From positions 78,680,001 to 78,744,000 of the forward strand of contig CM059432.1 of assembly GCA_030390025.1 (NCBI GenBank): a stretch of DNA of 64,000 nt. Direction: 5' to 3'. Source of the DNA: Squalus acanthias (lineage: Eukaryota). Positions 1 through 13,119 of the stretch are shown in pieces (the first letter of the stretch is position 1; every line of letters begins with the position of its first letter). The position numbers and the translations under genes are program-made. The notes under the pieces were generated by a model. It was not told the DNA's origin. It made no database searches and saw only the letters and a list, made by a program, of their open reading frames with translations.

Positions 1-222
1 CCTGAACCAGTCAGACATATCATCCAGCGATAGGTCAGGGGGCACAAGGGAAGTTTGCGGCCGGGGCGGAAGCAGGGTGCTACCGGATACCGCCACCGCT
101 AACCTCCCGCTGAATTTTGCGGGAGACGTTAGCGGCGTCGCGCGGGGCGCTAGGGTCTTTGTGCCCCGTTAGCGCCCCCCAGAGGCACTAACTTGAGGCG
201 TAAAGCAACCCAATTTTTCCCC
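1..222. mobile_element. GC-rich Harbinger-type MITE, right end (cut by window start)
   Basis: Ends GCGTAAAGCAACCCAATTTTTCCCC|TAT, the same terminus as at 5970; repeated TAGCGCCCC/GGGGCGCTA motifs. Confidence 0.75.
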
Positions 223-2865
223 TATTTTTTGAAAAAGTCATTACACACAAACAGCCGATGGTGATTTACATTGAGCTGTGACTAATTCTGCTGAATTGGA
301 ATGTTGCCAAGATAATTACTAAGTCCAACTAATAGTAAAACATAAATAACACACTGATAGATTAAAATGAACTTCTAATGAAGTTGTAGTTAAAGGAAAA
401 CACTTGTGGGTGAATTCACCAATCCCACACAAACAGCACAAAGCTGTGCTCGAAGGGAGTTTGGGTCAGAAATAGGGCTGCAACACTCCCACTGGAAGCA
501 CTGGATCAGTAAATTCACCCTGGAGTTTATTAAACTAAAATTAAATATTTTTCTTTTGTTCACTTGTAATGTGTATACAGGGTGGAGAGAGGCAGGACCT
601 GAAGGAATTCCAGCATGGAAAATCCTTCCTGTTGGTCTGAAAACGTTTGGGCCTGCTCCACTGGTATAAGTGCGGCAGAGCGAGCACTGCTGACCTCTGC
701 TCCTGATCCTGCCAGAGTATCTAGGGTCAGGACAGGGTCAGCTCATTTTAATACCTTTGGCAGGCACCTCAGGTATCTACCGGGCTGGGAGAAAAAAATG
801 ACAGGATCCTGGAACCCGTCCTGTTCAATCAGGTCTCTTAAAGCAGTTATCGGGGGGGGGGGAAATATCCCTTTTTTTGGTATATTTTGCCGTATGTTGT
901 TCCCAGTTGCTCTTGCTGGAAACACTGCCATTTTCATAATTTTTCTTTTGTTGCTACCAGTGCTTTCCTTCAGTAATCGTGATTGCTGCAGGCATTTAAA
1001 TAGCTTTGTACAAAGTGGTAAACATGAACTTTCCTTGCCAGTTTCTGAATGAGGAAGAGACGTTCATGAGGACCACTAAGTGCTGGTGCAACAACACTTG
1101 AAGCATTCCGTTCGCACCCTCACTACCTCAGACTCATGTTTACAGATCCCTGCCATGTACCACCAAGGAGACCTGTCTTCATCATCTCCACTTCACAGGA
1201 CAGACAGACACAGTTGTATCTGTTACGTTTTTGACTCCTCTCCACCCTTCTTCTAAAAACTTTAGTCCTACATTTTAGATTACTCTCATAAATATTCTCT
1301 GTTCCTCATGGCATTGAGATTACTTTCATTGGTGTTGATATCCAAATACGATTTTAGTAACATGCCCAAGATAATGAGCAGCAAACCTTTCTGAGAATTA
1401 GCTTCAGCTACTGAAACTATCTTTTGCATTAAGACAGAATCCATGTCAATAGAGTGAAGAAACAGGAAGGGAAATTGTACAGTGGTACAATTTGAAAGTG
1501 TGGTGAGGAGGCGAAAAGGGAGATTAGAAAGTCTAAAAAGAAACATGAAAAGTCTGGCAGATAATATAACAGACAGCAAAGTTTCTCATATGTACTCCAA
1601 GGTCCTACATGGAAAGAAAGGGCTTCTACGCAATTATTGTTCAGGTGGTATCTTGCCACCAAAATATCATTACCTACTTCAATGACTATTGTCCAGGAAA
1701 CAGCCCTCATCCCATAGCAAATGGTAGTCCAAGATTTTTTTTTGGAAGGAGAAGGAACAGTGGGGGGCGGGGGGGTGTTGTCTTTTAGGAGACCAAGGTT
1801 AATAGCTGCACCATGGCTCCTAACCCTAGTGAGAAACCCCCTAACAGCAGAGGAAGGGGCTGGCCACAATGAAAGAGTGTGTGCAAAAGTGTATGGTTGT
1901 TTTTGAAATGGCACCTCGCAAAGTGTGCAAGAGATCCCATCTTAGGTTATTGCCATCCTTAATAGGCCCTACAAGAACACATTATTACCTTCCTCCTGAT
2001 ACCAACAAACCTTTTCCTCATTTGCAGCCAGGTGGCAGGGACCAGGATGACTGCATGGACTCAATCAATGACCTTCTTCGACCTTACACCTGTGCTTTTA
2101 TTGGAGAATGGTCTTCAACCTGAAATAGGGCCGCCCTCCTTTGGTGGAGTTTTGCAGCTGTGTTGTTAATATCTCTCCATTGTACCATTGTGATTGATTA
2201 CTCCACTTTTCCATCCCTACTATAACTTTCCCTTTAAACGCTCACTGTAGCCCATTAAGAAGTGTCCAATCCCTAGCCAAGTGCCCTGCAGACCATGCTC
2301 ACTAGGCAAGCTTTTCTTGTGCCTGTAGACTATTCAAATTAGGAGGAGGGCTCCCATTAGAAAATTGGCTAGGCCAGCCTTTGTACTAGAGGTGCAGACA
2401 AGCCTCACATTGGCCCAGCTCAAACCCATTTTTTCCCATTATCAGAAAATTGGAACGTATATTTAATTACGTAGGAGCAATAGACAACACATCAGATAAT
2501 TCCCAATGCAATGTTACAAACTACTTTAAACTGTTTCCAAAACCAAAATAATAAAGTATCTGAAATTCTAGAGTTCTTTTCAGAATCGTTTAACTGAGTC
2601 TTTGAAGATCATAATGAGAACTTCTTTGCTTCATCTCACAAGCACAATGTGGACACACACAATTGAAGCAGGGGATTTATAAGCACAGCTTATAGGGAAC
2701 GTTGCTTCCTTCCTCTTACAATTAACAGCTATCCCAAGCAGTATTTGTGTATTTTTATCATTTCCTCCTAAGAAAGAGAAAGGAATTGTTTTCAGAAGCA
2801 GCTGACAGAGTTAATTTTAAATTCACAATACAATGGTCTCTCTGAAATTTCAAATCAAGAAGATA

Positions 2866-3061
2866 TAAGGACTCATTTTACGAAATGCACTCCCAGTCGG
2901 ACGTCTCGCCCACCAGGAGCACATATTATGAATTCAGGCATGTGTTTCCGCATGATTTTCTAGAAGATCATGGGAAGTGTTCACCTAAATTTCTGACATA
3001 TACTCCTTGGAGAGGAGACGAAACTCCCAACAGGGAGTGCAATTCCATTTAGTCAGCCCTA
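2866..3061. repeat. Degenerate ~195-bp palindromic (fold-back) MITE-like element
   Basis: TGCACTCCC (2886) / GGGAGTGCA (3033); CGTCTCGCCCACCAGGAG / CTCCTTGGAGAGGAGACG; centre CATGATTTTCTAGAAGATCATG near 2961. Confidence 0.7.
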
Positions 3062-4082
3062 TAATAGAGATTTTTATGGTTTGAAGCATAATGGAGCTGA
3101 AATTCCATCACACAGATCACTGCTGCTGCTGACATTTTACTGCCTCCATTAAAATAGTGGACAGAGGAATGTTATACAAACACCACAAGCAAATATCACC
3201 AACAATAATTTCTAAGCTTATATCCCTTACCTTGAAAACAATAAATATGCTTAATAGCCAGATTTTCTGCTGTGCATATGCCAGCTCACAATTTTCCTGT
3301 TAAACAAAATGAATGGTAGGTAATTGCATGCTGGCTTAACTCTTCCTCACCAAGCAATGCATTACTGTGTGCCTGTTAAAGACCTATGAGACAGAAACAA
3401 TGTTTGAATGTTTTAACATGGATTTGGAGATAGTATTAATGTACTGAGGATTCTACAGGTTGTCACAAGTTAGAGATGTTTATACCGTGTTGTGTTTTCC
3501 AAAAGTTTTTATGGGCGTTGCATGCATTGGTGAAATTTCACCCTTTGGGTGACATAGGGGGCGATTTTCCCAGCCCCGAGGAGGCGGGTTTGGAGGCGGG
3601 ACAGTTGGCAAAATCGCAAAAAGTGAGGGCGGGTTCGGAACCCGCCTCCAACCTGCCTCCGCGCAATTTTGCCAGAGTCGGGTTTCATGGGTGCGATTTG
3701 GTCCCGCCTCCATCAGTCGGGAGAGGTAGTTAAGACCCTTAAAAAGTCGTTAAGGGCCCCTATAACCCTATTTTGCCAGGCCTTTGTTATTTTGCCACAT
3801 TTTGTGCATGTTGCACGGCCCTCCTAAACCACGCCAGCTAATCCTGGTGGGTTGACAAGTGGGTGGCCTCCTCACAGCTGCAGCTCCAGCATTAAAACGG
3901 AGCTTTCATCAGGGAGCAGTTGCAGGTGGCAGAACTTTTGTTCCACAGGTCTTTCAGCACTTTTAACAGGCTACCGAAGTCGGAGGTGCTGCAGCTTCTA
4001 TCTCTCAACTGTAGGACCTCCTTGGAAGACCCTCTCCCCGCTTGGACTGAGCGCTTCCCCAACAGAGGTATCTGCCAGCAGC

Positions 4083-5281
4083 ATGGGAACCATTTATTTC
4101 CTTTCACCATGGACCTCAGATTCGGATGAAGAGCAGCCACAGCAGCAGCAGAACCAGGCAGCTCAGCAGCAGGAGCGCCAACCTCCTGCTCACCCACCTG
4201 ATGCTGCACAGGGCAGAAGGCGCCAGCGCATGGAAGCACGTCGCCGCAGGAGATACCCCCCTCTCAGGGTTTACAGACAGAGGATGAGCTACCTCAACAT
4301 GACTGAGCAGCAGTGCCAAAGGAAGCTGAGACTTTCACGACAGGTTGTCGGAGACATCTGCGCACTGCTGAACCAAGACCTGGAGCCCAGAGGAACGGGT
4401 GGACACCCCTTACCAGTGGCTGTCAAAGTCACCACCGCACTCAACTTTTTTGCCTCAGGCTCCTTCCAGGGATCATCAGCAGACATCAGTGGCATCTCCC
4501 AGTCGGCCGCCCACAGTTGCATCACACAGGTTACTGATGCCCTTTTCGCAAAGGCGCACAATTACATCCACTTCTCAAGGGATCAAGCAAGTGTAATCAC
4601 GCGTTCAGTTGGCTTTGCAAATATGGCAGGCTTACCAATGGTGTAGGGCGTCATAGACTGCACACATGTGGCCCTTAGGGCACCGCATCACAACCCAGCC
4701 ATCTTTGTCAACCGCAAGGGCTTTCACTCCCTCAACGTACAGCTGGTGTGTAACCACAAGAAGGAGATTTTGCATGTTTGCGCCAAGTTCTGTGGTAGTT
4801 GCCATGACTCTTTCATCCTGCGGAACTCTAGTGTTCCTCCAATCTTCAATCCGCCAAACCAACTTAACGGATGGCTCCTTGGTGACAAGGGCTACTCCCT
4901 GAAGAAGTGACTAATGACACCGATCAGGAGGCCAGCTAACGAGGCTGAGGAGTGCTACAACACCAGCCACATTTCGACCAGGTCCATCATCGAGCTGAAG
5001 ATGCGATTCCGATGCCTTGACAGATCAGGTGGAGCCCTGCAGTATTTAGCACCAGGGTCTCCATAATGGTTGTGGTCTGCTGTGCACTGCACAACATGGC
5101 ACAGCGTCATGGCTTGCAGCTTCCTGATGAGCAAGTGGCTCAGTTCATAGCCTCCTCAGATGAGGAGGAGGAGGAGGAGGAGGACCGAGCGGCAGCGTAT
5201 CAACCAGCAGCAGCGGCAGCACGCGAGCACATGGCTGCCTGTGATGCAAGGGATGCACTCATCCTGACCAGATTTACATAG
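4083..5281 (+). pseudogene. HARBI1-like Harbinger DDE transposase pseudogene
   Basis: [90 protein letters not shown]. In-frame stops at 4644 (TAG) and 4908 (TGA), short deletion after IIE, frameshift near 5055. Confidence 0.93.
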
Positions 5282-5316
5282 GTTGCCCAATGTGGCACAT
5301 GTGCTTGGCTCCTTCT

Positions 5317-5970
5317 TAACTTCGCCGGGGTGCTACTTTTGCGCCCCGAAAAAATTAGCGCCCCCGCAGCCGAAATTGAGTGGTAGTGCCCCAAGAGGGA
5401 AGCGGGGCGCTACTGGAAGCGCCCGCCTCCATCTTGGGGCACTGCAAGGGAATATCGCGGCGCTATGTGCCGCGTATTGCAGGCCTCACTCCCCTTCTTA
5501 AAGGGGAGGGGCCTTGTGCAGCGTGACCCGGGACCCAACTGGACCACTGGGGATCGGAGTGCCGGCAAACGAGCCCGGCACTCAAGAGAAGTGCCGGGCT
5601 CATGGAGCGCAGCCGGCACTCTGCGGGGGTGGGGTGCTCAGGAGGCCAGGGACGGCAGCGGAGGCAGGTGCTAGCAGGCGGCCAGCAACAAAAATGGCCG
5701 CCCGGCACCTCGCCTTTAATTAGCGCTGCCCCGGCTGCAGGTAGGGCCCCCTGACCCCATCAGGGGACGCTACCGAAGATCACAGCCAGGGCGTGAGTGG
5801 GGCGCTGTGCACGGCGATGACATCATCGCCGGTGGCGCAGCGCCGCGGGGCGCTAATGGTTACCGCGGGAGGCGTTGGTGGCACCACACCCGGGCGCTAG
5901 TTGTTTTGCACCCCGTTAGCGCCCTCTTAGGGCGCTAAAGGGAGGCGTAAAGCAACCAAATTTTTCCCCC
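5317..5970. mobile_element. GC-rich Harbinger MITE, one end deleted, nested in the 3557-6402 element
   Basis: Reverse-complement homologue of 9295-10051; intact end AAATTTTTCCCCC at 5970; interrupts Myb exon 1. Confidence 0.85.
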
Positions 5971-6135
5971 TATATCCCTTGCCAGCTGGACCCACACAGC
6001 CTTGGTTTCTTTGGGAGGCCTCTTCCTCCCAGATGAGGGGAAGAGCACCTCCCTGCTAGCTCTCGCCCCCTCAACCAGCATACCCAGCGCCTCATCCGAG
6101 AACCTTGGGGAGGCCCTTGCCTTGGAGCTGGCCAT
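5971..6135 (-). pseudogene. Harbinger Myb/SANT-like DNA-binding gene, truncated exon 1
   Basis: MASSKARASPRFSDEALGMLVEGARASREVLF..RKRPPKETKAVWVQLARDI (NAIF1/MSANTD-type RFS..L..LV..W motif). Confidence 0.85.
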
Positions 6136-7231
6136 TCTTCAAGGAGATAAAAGTTTGGAGGTGGTGCAGCATCGACCAAAAACCAGTGGAATGAGCCAAG
6201 GCAGCAAGCAGCCCTTAAATGAAGCTGGATAAGTGACGTCAGCAGAGGCGAATTTCAGTCCCAAAAGACTAATTGGCCCAGGGGAACTCACACCTCTGAA
6301 ATCAACTGGCCAATTAGGGGAAAATCGCAAATTTTTCCCACCTCTCAGTGGCTTTGGAACCCACCCAAACCGAAAACCACCTCCAATGGGAAAATCGTGC
6401 CCATAGTGTCCTTCTAACAATGACAATAACTTGTATTTATATAGCACCTTTAACATAGTAAAACATCCCAAGGCGTTTCACAGGAGTATTATAGGACAAA
6501 AAATTTGACTTCAAGCCACATAAGGAGATATTAGGGCAGATGACCAAAAGCTTGCTCAAAGAAGTAGGTTTTAAGGAGCGTCTTAAAGGAGGAAAGAGTG
6601 GTAGAGAGGCAGAGAGGTTTAGGGAGGGAATTCCAGAGCTTAGGGCCTTGGCAGTTGAAGGCACGGCCACCAATGGTTGAGCGATTAAAATCAGTGATGC
6701 TCAAGAGGCCAGAATTAGAGGAGCGCAGATATCTCGGAGGGCTGTGGGGCTGGAGAAAATTACAGAGATAGGGAGAGGCACGGCCATAGAGGGATTTGAA
6801 AATAAGGATGAGATATTTAAAATCAAGGTGTGCTTAACCGGGAGCCAATGTAGGTCTGCGAGCACAGGGGTGATGGGTGAACGGGACTTGGTGCGAGTTA
6901 GGACGCAGGCAGCAGAGTTTTGGATGACCTCAAGGTAACGCAGGATAGAAGATGGGAGGCCAGCCAGGACTGTCTTGGAATAGTCTTGTCTAGAGGCATA
7001 GATGAGGGTTTCAGCAGCAGATGAGCGGAGGCAGGGGCCGAGCCAGGTGATGTTACGGAGGTGGAAATAGGCGGTCTTAGTTATGGAGTGCATATGTGGT
7101 TGGAAGCTCATTTCAGGGTCAAGTATGACACTAGGTTTGCGAACAGTCTGGTTCAGCCTCAGACAGGTGCTAGGGAGAGGGATGAAGTCAGTTGCTAGGA
7201 AACGGAGTTTGTGGTGGGGACCGAAGACAGT

Positions 7232-7877
7232 GGGCTGGATTTTGATACTGGGGCGGGTTGGGGTCATGTCATTCACTTTTCGTGTTATCCACCCAACTGC
7301 AATTGGATGTGGGAGATTGATGCGATTTTCACCTAATTGGGCAATTGAGTTCCAGCATGTGGGAACCCATGAACCAATTAGTGTTTTCAGTCTGAAAGTC
7401 GCCTCGGATGATGTCATCATTGCTGCTGCATTGAAGGTCTTCAGAGACTGCCTGGCCTTTGCTGTGAGAGGACCTGGATGCAAAATGAGCAGCAGCAGCC
7501 CTAAGTCTGCTCCCAGATATTTTTACACCACCACTCCCAGATATGTCTCCTCCCTCGCCAGCCAGCCCGCCCCAAATGTGCTCCCGCCAGGTTTCACATT
7601 CGTGGTTCAGAACAGGCGTGCTTCACGTAGAAAAAGGGTTAAAATCACAAAAGCCTTTCAAAATTGCATTATAGAGCCAATTTAGTGCTTGTTAAGGGCC
7701 TTAACAGCCTATCCCGCCTCTTAGAGGCGGGACGGAGTCGGGACCAGCAGACACGATTTAATGAAAATTGTGTGGAGGCGGGATGGAGGCGGGCTTGTGC
7801 CCGCCCGCCAGTTTTCACAATTTTAACCCCCCACACGTCTCCAAACCCACCTTCACGGGTCAATGAAAATCCAGCCC
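7232..7877. mobile_element. Non-autonomous Harbinger element inserted in the L2 RT
   Basis: Perfect TIR GGGCTGGATTTT / AAAATCCAGCCC, flanks AGT/TGT; splits L2 peptide NIGKTEV|TVFGP; inverted sister copy at 17626-18368. Confidence 0.9.
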
Positions 7878-9294
7878 TGTAACTTCGGTCTTCCCAATAT
7901 TTAGTTGGAGGAAATTTCTGCTCATCCAGTAATGGATGTTGGACAAGCAGTCTGACAATTTAGAGACAGTGGAGTGGTCGGGAGAGGTGGTGGTGAGGTA
8001 GAGCTGGGTGTCATCAGCATACATGTGAAAACTGATGCTGTGTTTACGGATGATGTCGCCAAGGGGCAACATGTAGATGAGGAATAGAGGGGCCAAGGAT
8101 AGATCCTTGGGGGACACCAGAGGTAACGATGCAGGAGCGGGAAGAGAAGCCATTGCAGGTGATTCTCTGGCTACAATTGGATATCTAAGAATGGAACCAG
8201 GCGAATGCAGTCCCACCCAGCTGGACAACGGAGGAGAGGCGTTGGAGGAGGATGGTGTGGTTAACCGAATCAAAGGCTGCAGACAGGTCGAGAAGGACGA
8301 GGAAGCATAGTTTACCTTTGTCACAGTCACATAGAATATCATTTGTGACTTTGATAAGAGCTGTTTTGGTACTGTGGCAGGGGCGGAAACCTGATTGGAG
8401 GGATTCAAACAAGGAGTTCTGGGAAAGATGGGCACGGATTTGGGAGGCGACAACACGTTCAAGGACTTTGGAGAGGAAAGGAAGGCTGGAGATGGGGTGG
8501 TAGTTCACAAGGACAGAGGGGTCAAGGGTTGATTTTTTGAAGAGAGGGGTGATGACGGCAGATTTGAAGGAGCGGGGGACAGTACCTGTGGAGAGAGAAC
8601 CGTTAACAATATCAGTTAACATGGGAGCCAGAAAAGAAAGTTGGGTGGTCAGCAGTTTAGTGGGAATAGGGTCGAGGGAGCAGAAAGTGTGTCTCATGGA
8701 CAAGATGAGCATGGAGAGGTCATGAGGGGAGATCAGAGAGAAACTGGAGAAAGATGTGAGTTCAGGGCTAGAGCAGGGGGGAACCTTAGAGGAAGTTTAG
8801 CCCGGTGGGCTAGGGGAAGGAAGGGAAGTGGCAGAGGCAGCTGAACGGATGGTCTCAATCTTAGAGACAAAGAAGTCCATGAGCTCCTCGCACTTGTTGT
8901 TGGAGGTGAAAGTGGAGGAGACAGGTGAGAGGGGTTTAAGAAGACGGTTTGCAGTAGAGAAAAGAAGCCGGGGGTTATCTTTGCATTCCAGGATGATCCT
9001 AGAATAGTGAGCAGTTTTGGCAGAGGACAGCAGAACCCGAAAGTGCTTTATGTGGTCCAGCCAGATCTGGCGGTGAATGGCTAAACCAGTTGTCCACCAT
9101 AGCTGTTCAAGTCTGCGTCCCTTGGACTTAACAGAGCAGAGATGAGGGCCCTACCAGGGGGAACGGGCAGGATAAGAGAGAGTAATAGTTTTAATGGGGA
9201 CTAAGGCAGCAAAGGTGGAGGTGAGGGTGTGATTGAGCAGTTCAGTAGCTGCAGAAATGTCGTGGTGAATGGAGGGCCAAAGGTTAGACAGTTG

Positions 9295-10051
9295 GGGGGA
9301 AAAATTCATTGCTTTGCGACTCCCGTTAGCACGCTAAGAGGGCGCTAACGGGGCGCAGAGCAACTAGCGCCCGGGCGTGTCGCCGCCAACACCTCCCGCG
9401 AAATTCAGCAGGAGGTTAGCGGCAGCAGTAACCGTTAGCGCCCAGCGGCGCTGCGCCGCCGGCGATGACATCATCGCCGTGCGCAGCGCCCCGCTCGCGC
9501 CCTGGCCGCGATCTTCGGTAGCACCCCCTGACTTACCGCCGGATGCTATGTCTGACAGGGTCAGGGGGGCCTACCTGCGGCCGGGGCGGCGCTATTTAAA
9601 GGCAAGGTGCCGGGCGTCCATTTTTGTTGCTGGCCGCCTGCCAGCACCTGCCTCCGCTCCCGTCCCCGGCCTCCTGACCTGCCCCCCCGCGGAGTGCCGG
9701 CTGCTCTCCATGAGCCCGGCACTTCTCTTGAGTGCTGGGCTCTTTTGCCGGCATTCCCAATCCCCGGTGGCCCAGCTGGGCCCTGGGTCGCACTGCGCAA
9801 GGCCCCTCCCCTTTAAGAAGGGGAGGAAGGCCCGCAATACCACGGCGCGATGTGCCGCAGCGCGTGGCGCTGTGGCACGTAGCACCGCGATATTCCCTCG
9901 CAACGCCCCAAGAGGGAGGCGGGGCGCATTCAGTAGCGCCCCGCTTCCGTCTTGGGGCGCTACCACTCAAATTTTGGCCGCAGGGGCGCTGGTTTTTCCA
10001 GGGCCCAGCGAAGTTAGCGCCCCAAAGGGGGCATGACTCAATTTTTCCCCC
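9295..10051. mobile_element. GC/CpG-rich Harbinger-type MITE inserted in the L2
   Basis: Perfect 12-bp TIR GGGGGAAAAATT / AATTTTTCCCCC, TSD TTG (9292-9294, 10052-10054). Confidence 0.92.
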
Positions 10052-10660
10052 TTGGGATTTTGAAAGTGCAGTTGTAAGTGAGTTGGGAGAGAATTTTTTC
10101 CAGGGGCGAACATAGAAGGAAGTAGGGTTGGGAGGGGAAGGGGGATGTGGATGGAGAGCGATACAAGGAAATGGTCAGAGGTGGCCTTATCTGTGATTGA
10201 CATGATGGAATTAGCGAGACCACGTGAGATGGCAAGGTCAAGGGGGTGGCCGTACGTATGGGTTGGGGAGTTTACATGGTGGGAGATATTAAGGGAGGCT
10301 AGGAGGGTAGTGAACTCAGAGGAGAGACAGCATGATGAATTGAGATGGAGGTTGAAATCACCAAGGATAAGAAGTCACTCGGTGCAGAGGCTGATGGAGG
10401 AAAGCAGGGAAGATATCTTGGTGAGAAAACTTTTATGGTACTTGGGTGGGTGGTAGAGAATGAGGATTTTAAATGAGAGGTGAGAGGGGTGGAACAAGAT
10501 GAGATGCTCAAAGGAGGAGAAAGTGCCAGAGGAGTAGGGGGACAAACCAAGGTGTGATTTGGTGATAAGAGCCACACCACCACCGCGATGGTCTGGGCGG
10601 GGCAAGTGGTGGAAGGTATAGCCAGGCAGGGAGGCTTCATTTAGGGGAAGGTGTCATCAC

Positions 10661-10784
10661 CAATGTTTCCTCTAAGCTGGCCAGCTTTTAAAGTGAAAGA
10701 ACCACACATGCGCGGACCTTTGAATGGGCCGCGCAGCCCATTAAAGGGGTCGCGTGGCCCAAAAGAAAATTCCAGGGAACATTG
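10661..10784. mobile_element. 124-bp hAT MITE inserted in the L2 APE domain
   Basis: TIR CAATGTTTCC / GGGAACATTG; 8-bp TSD GTCATCAC (10653-10660, 10785-10792). Confidence 0.9.
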
Positions 10785-13119
10785 GTCATCACCACTCAGC
10801 CAAGTTTCCGTCAAGGCCATGATGTCGATGCAATCATCCACAATAAGCTCACGGATGGCAAGGGCCTTGTTCACAATTGAACAGACATTCTGGAGGGAGA
10901 TGCGGAGAAGGGTGGTGATAGCTAATCCGCTGCCAGAGTCCACAGGGTCAGCACTGGGAGGGGTGAGTTGGACTGGGAGGAGATTGCTAAGATTAGCCCC
11001 TAGAGGGCGCATTAGACCAAATAAATAAACAAGAGAGTAGGGGTTTCTGCTCGTGAGGAGGCAGTGATGAGTGCCTCAATGGGCCCTTCGGAGGATGCAA
11101 AGAGAAGCACAGAGGGAAGCTGTAGGCTTATCTAAGAGGGAGTCAAGCCTGGGACAGCGGGAAGAGAGTAGGAAGGTGGAAGAGTAATGAAGGGTTGGGC
11201 TAGGGATTTGGGAGGGCAGAGTACCCGGAAGGAGAGAAATGGAAGGAGGCATGACAACTGGAGAGAGCGGTCAAGGAGGGATAGAGAGAAAAGAAAAAGA
11301 GGGAGAAAAAGTGGAAATAGAAGTGATTGGCTCAGGTCCGGAGCGGCAACCAAAATGTACACGCGAATGGACACAGGGAAAACTCAAGTTACATAGGCCT
11401 CGTTATGTATCAATTATTAGGATACATATTTCCTGGTAGTAACAGGGAATAGATAGGAGACAATATGAGGGAGCCCCGAGTTAAAGTCAGAGGTCCCGTG
11501 GTGCGATAAAGTTGACGTAGTTAGGGTGGAGTCGGCATGGAGCATCGATGGTGCAGCAGGTGACTGAAAGCCAGAAGCTATTTGAAGGGTGGAAAATCGG
11601 AGGATGGCGGTTATTTCCATGGGAATGAAGATTCAGGAGATGTGCAGAATCGTTTGCAGGGCAGAAAGTTGATGGCGAAGTTAGAGGTCACCATAAGATC
11701 CAGAAGCGGTGGAGAAATGTACTTCGGCCCAGGAGAGTAAAACACTAGCATGAAACCAGGCTGTAGTTGAAGCTGAAAAACCAGTAAAAACATTCAGCCA
11801 GTCACAGGTTCAGCAGCAGTGGTGGGGGAAGGGCTGTAAACTGACCAAAGTTACTTCAAAATTTAAGCAACCCACTTTTATTCTCTGTCTTTCTACTTTT
11901 TCTCGGTTTCCCTCTTATTGTTTCTTTCTTTCTTTGCAGCCCACTAGGATGTAAAATCTGCTTGCATTTTCACTACCTTTCTCTAATTCAGAGTGAAGAC
12001 AAGAGATAGTTATGGAGGTAGGGCTATCGCAGTCAGAAGGTCGTTTGCAAAAACTATTGGCCTTTTGACCTCAAACAATTTAACATGCGCTCAGTCACTT
12101 CTGCAACTCATGTCAGTAATTTCAATGCACACAGTGAAGTGACAAGCAAGTAGACATGAATGATTCTACTCATTCTGAAAGTTTGCTGAAACAGTTAAAC
12201 ACTGTGTTGTTTAAAAGTGTGACATCAATGGTAGAAGAGATGAGTAAGAGTATCAATCACTGTAAACCCAAGCAAAAGTGAGAAATCCAATTCAGTCCAA
12301 TGAACTAGTAACAGAGCACTCAGCTCTTGTGATTTTATTGACAACCTGACATCAGAGAAAAGGTAACAAAATGATACATTTTACTCCCATTACCTTGCAT
12401 ACCAAAATGTCACTCAGTATGATAAATGTCACGCTATTATGTACCAAAATAAAATTTCAGTCCCATGGCATCGCACACTGGCGGCAGTTTGAATAATGAA
12501 GTAAGTTACTCAGTTTCATTAATGAATGCTATAACCTTAGAATCTGTTCTGTGTATAACAATGATAAACTACGACTGTCATTTTGATTAAATGTTTGATT
12601 ATTGTCCTATCACTTAACAGTAGCATCAATGAATAATGTGCACTGTCTATCTGACATCAGAGCTGAGGCCTAATAATGACCTTTATTGTAGTGAACTAGG
12701 CAGACCTTTTCTGCTAGTTTTCCGGACATATTGCACATTACCTTATTCTTAAATCTCTTTGGAATTATTGGAAAATGTGCTATGTCCAAAATAAGTTACA
12801 GCAAAAAGTCAAGTGAGTTTGACCACAGCACTTCTGTATTAAAGGTCCTATATAAAAGGTATGGAGACCTGGTAACGTATCTTGCAATGTGTCTTTGGCA
12901 ATAGAGGTGTGCAGCGATCTGCTGTATGATACAATTTCATCAGCAAAGCTTTACAAGGCACGGGGAGGGGTTTCTGAAGTTCCCTCATTTACATAAAGTT
13001 CGTATGCTCCCAGCATGGATCAAGCCATGCACTGAGAGCATGAAGGTGGGGGAAAGGGAAATCTGGGCAAGAGCTTAAAAGTGTAAGTGCAACTCCTTAA
13101 AGAGGCACCTACACTTCTT

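Larger units (their letters stand above)
3557..6402 (+). mobile_element. PIF/Harbinger DNA transposon, decayed autonomous-type copy
   Basis: TIR GGGGGCGATTTTCCC / GGGAAAATCGTGCCC (13/15), 3-bp TSD ATA (3554-3556, 6403-6405), convergent transposase and Myb-like genes. Confidence 0.92.
6416..11030 (-). mobile_element. L2 LINE with near-complete, degraded ORF2 (APE+RT) and three nested insertions
   Basis: APE LQNVCSIVNK..LTETWL..GGGVA; RT NYHPISSLPFLSKVLE..QSGFR..LLDLSAAFD..FHMYADDTQLY; C-terminal LHWLPV; L2 tail (reverse) TATATAAATACAAGTTATTGT. Confidence 0.92.

Noticed and set aside
400..2460. ORFs of 60-160 aa in the first 2.5 kb
   Set aside because: No recognisable domains or splice-consistent structure; probably decayed repeats or chance ORFs.
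4083..5281. Possible host HARBI1 gene
   Set aside because: Has stops and a frameshift, and lies between TIRs with a TSD; it is a transposon copy.
9377..10115. Several long overlapping ORFs, up to 219 aa
   Set aside because: Stop-poor GC-rich MITE; frames are not conserved in the sister copy at 5317-5970.
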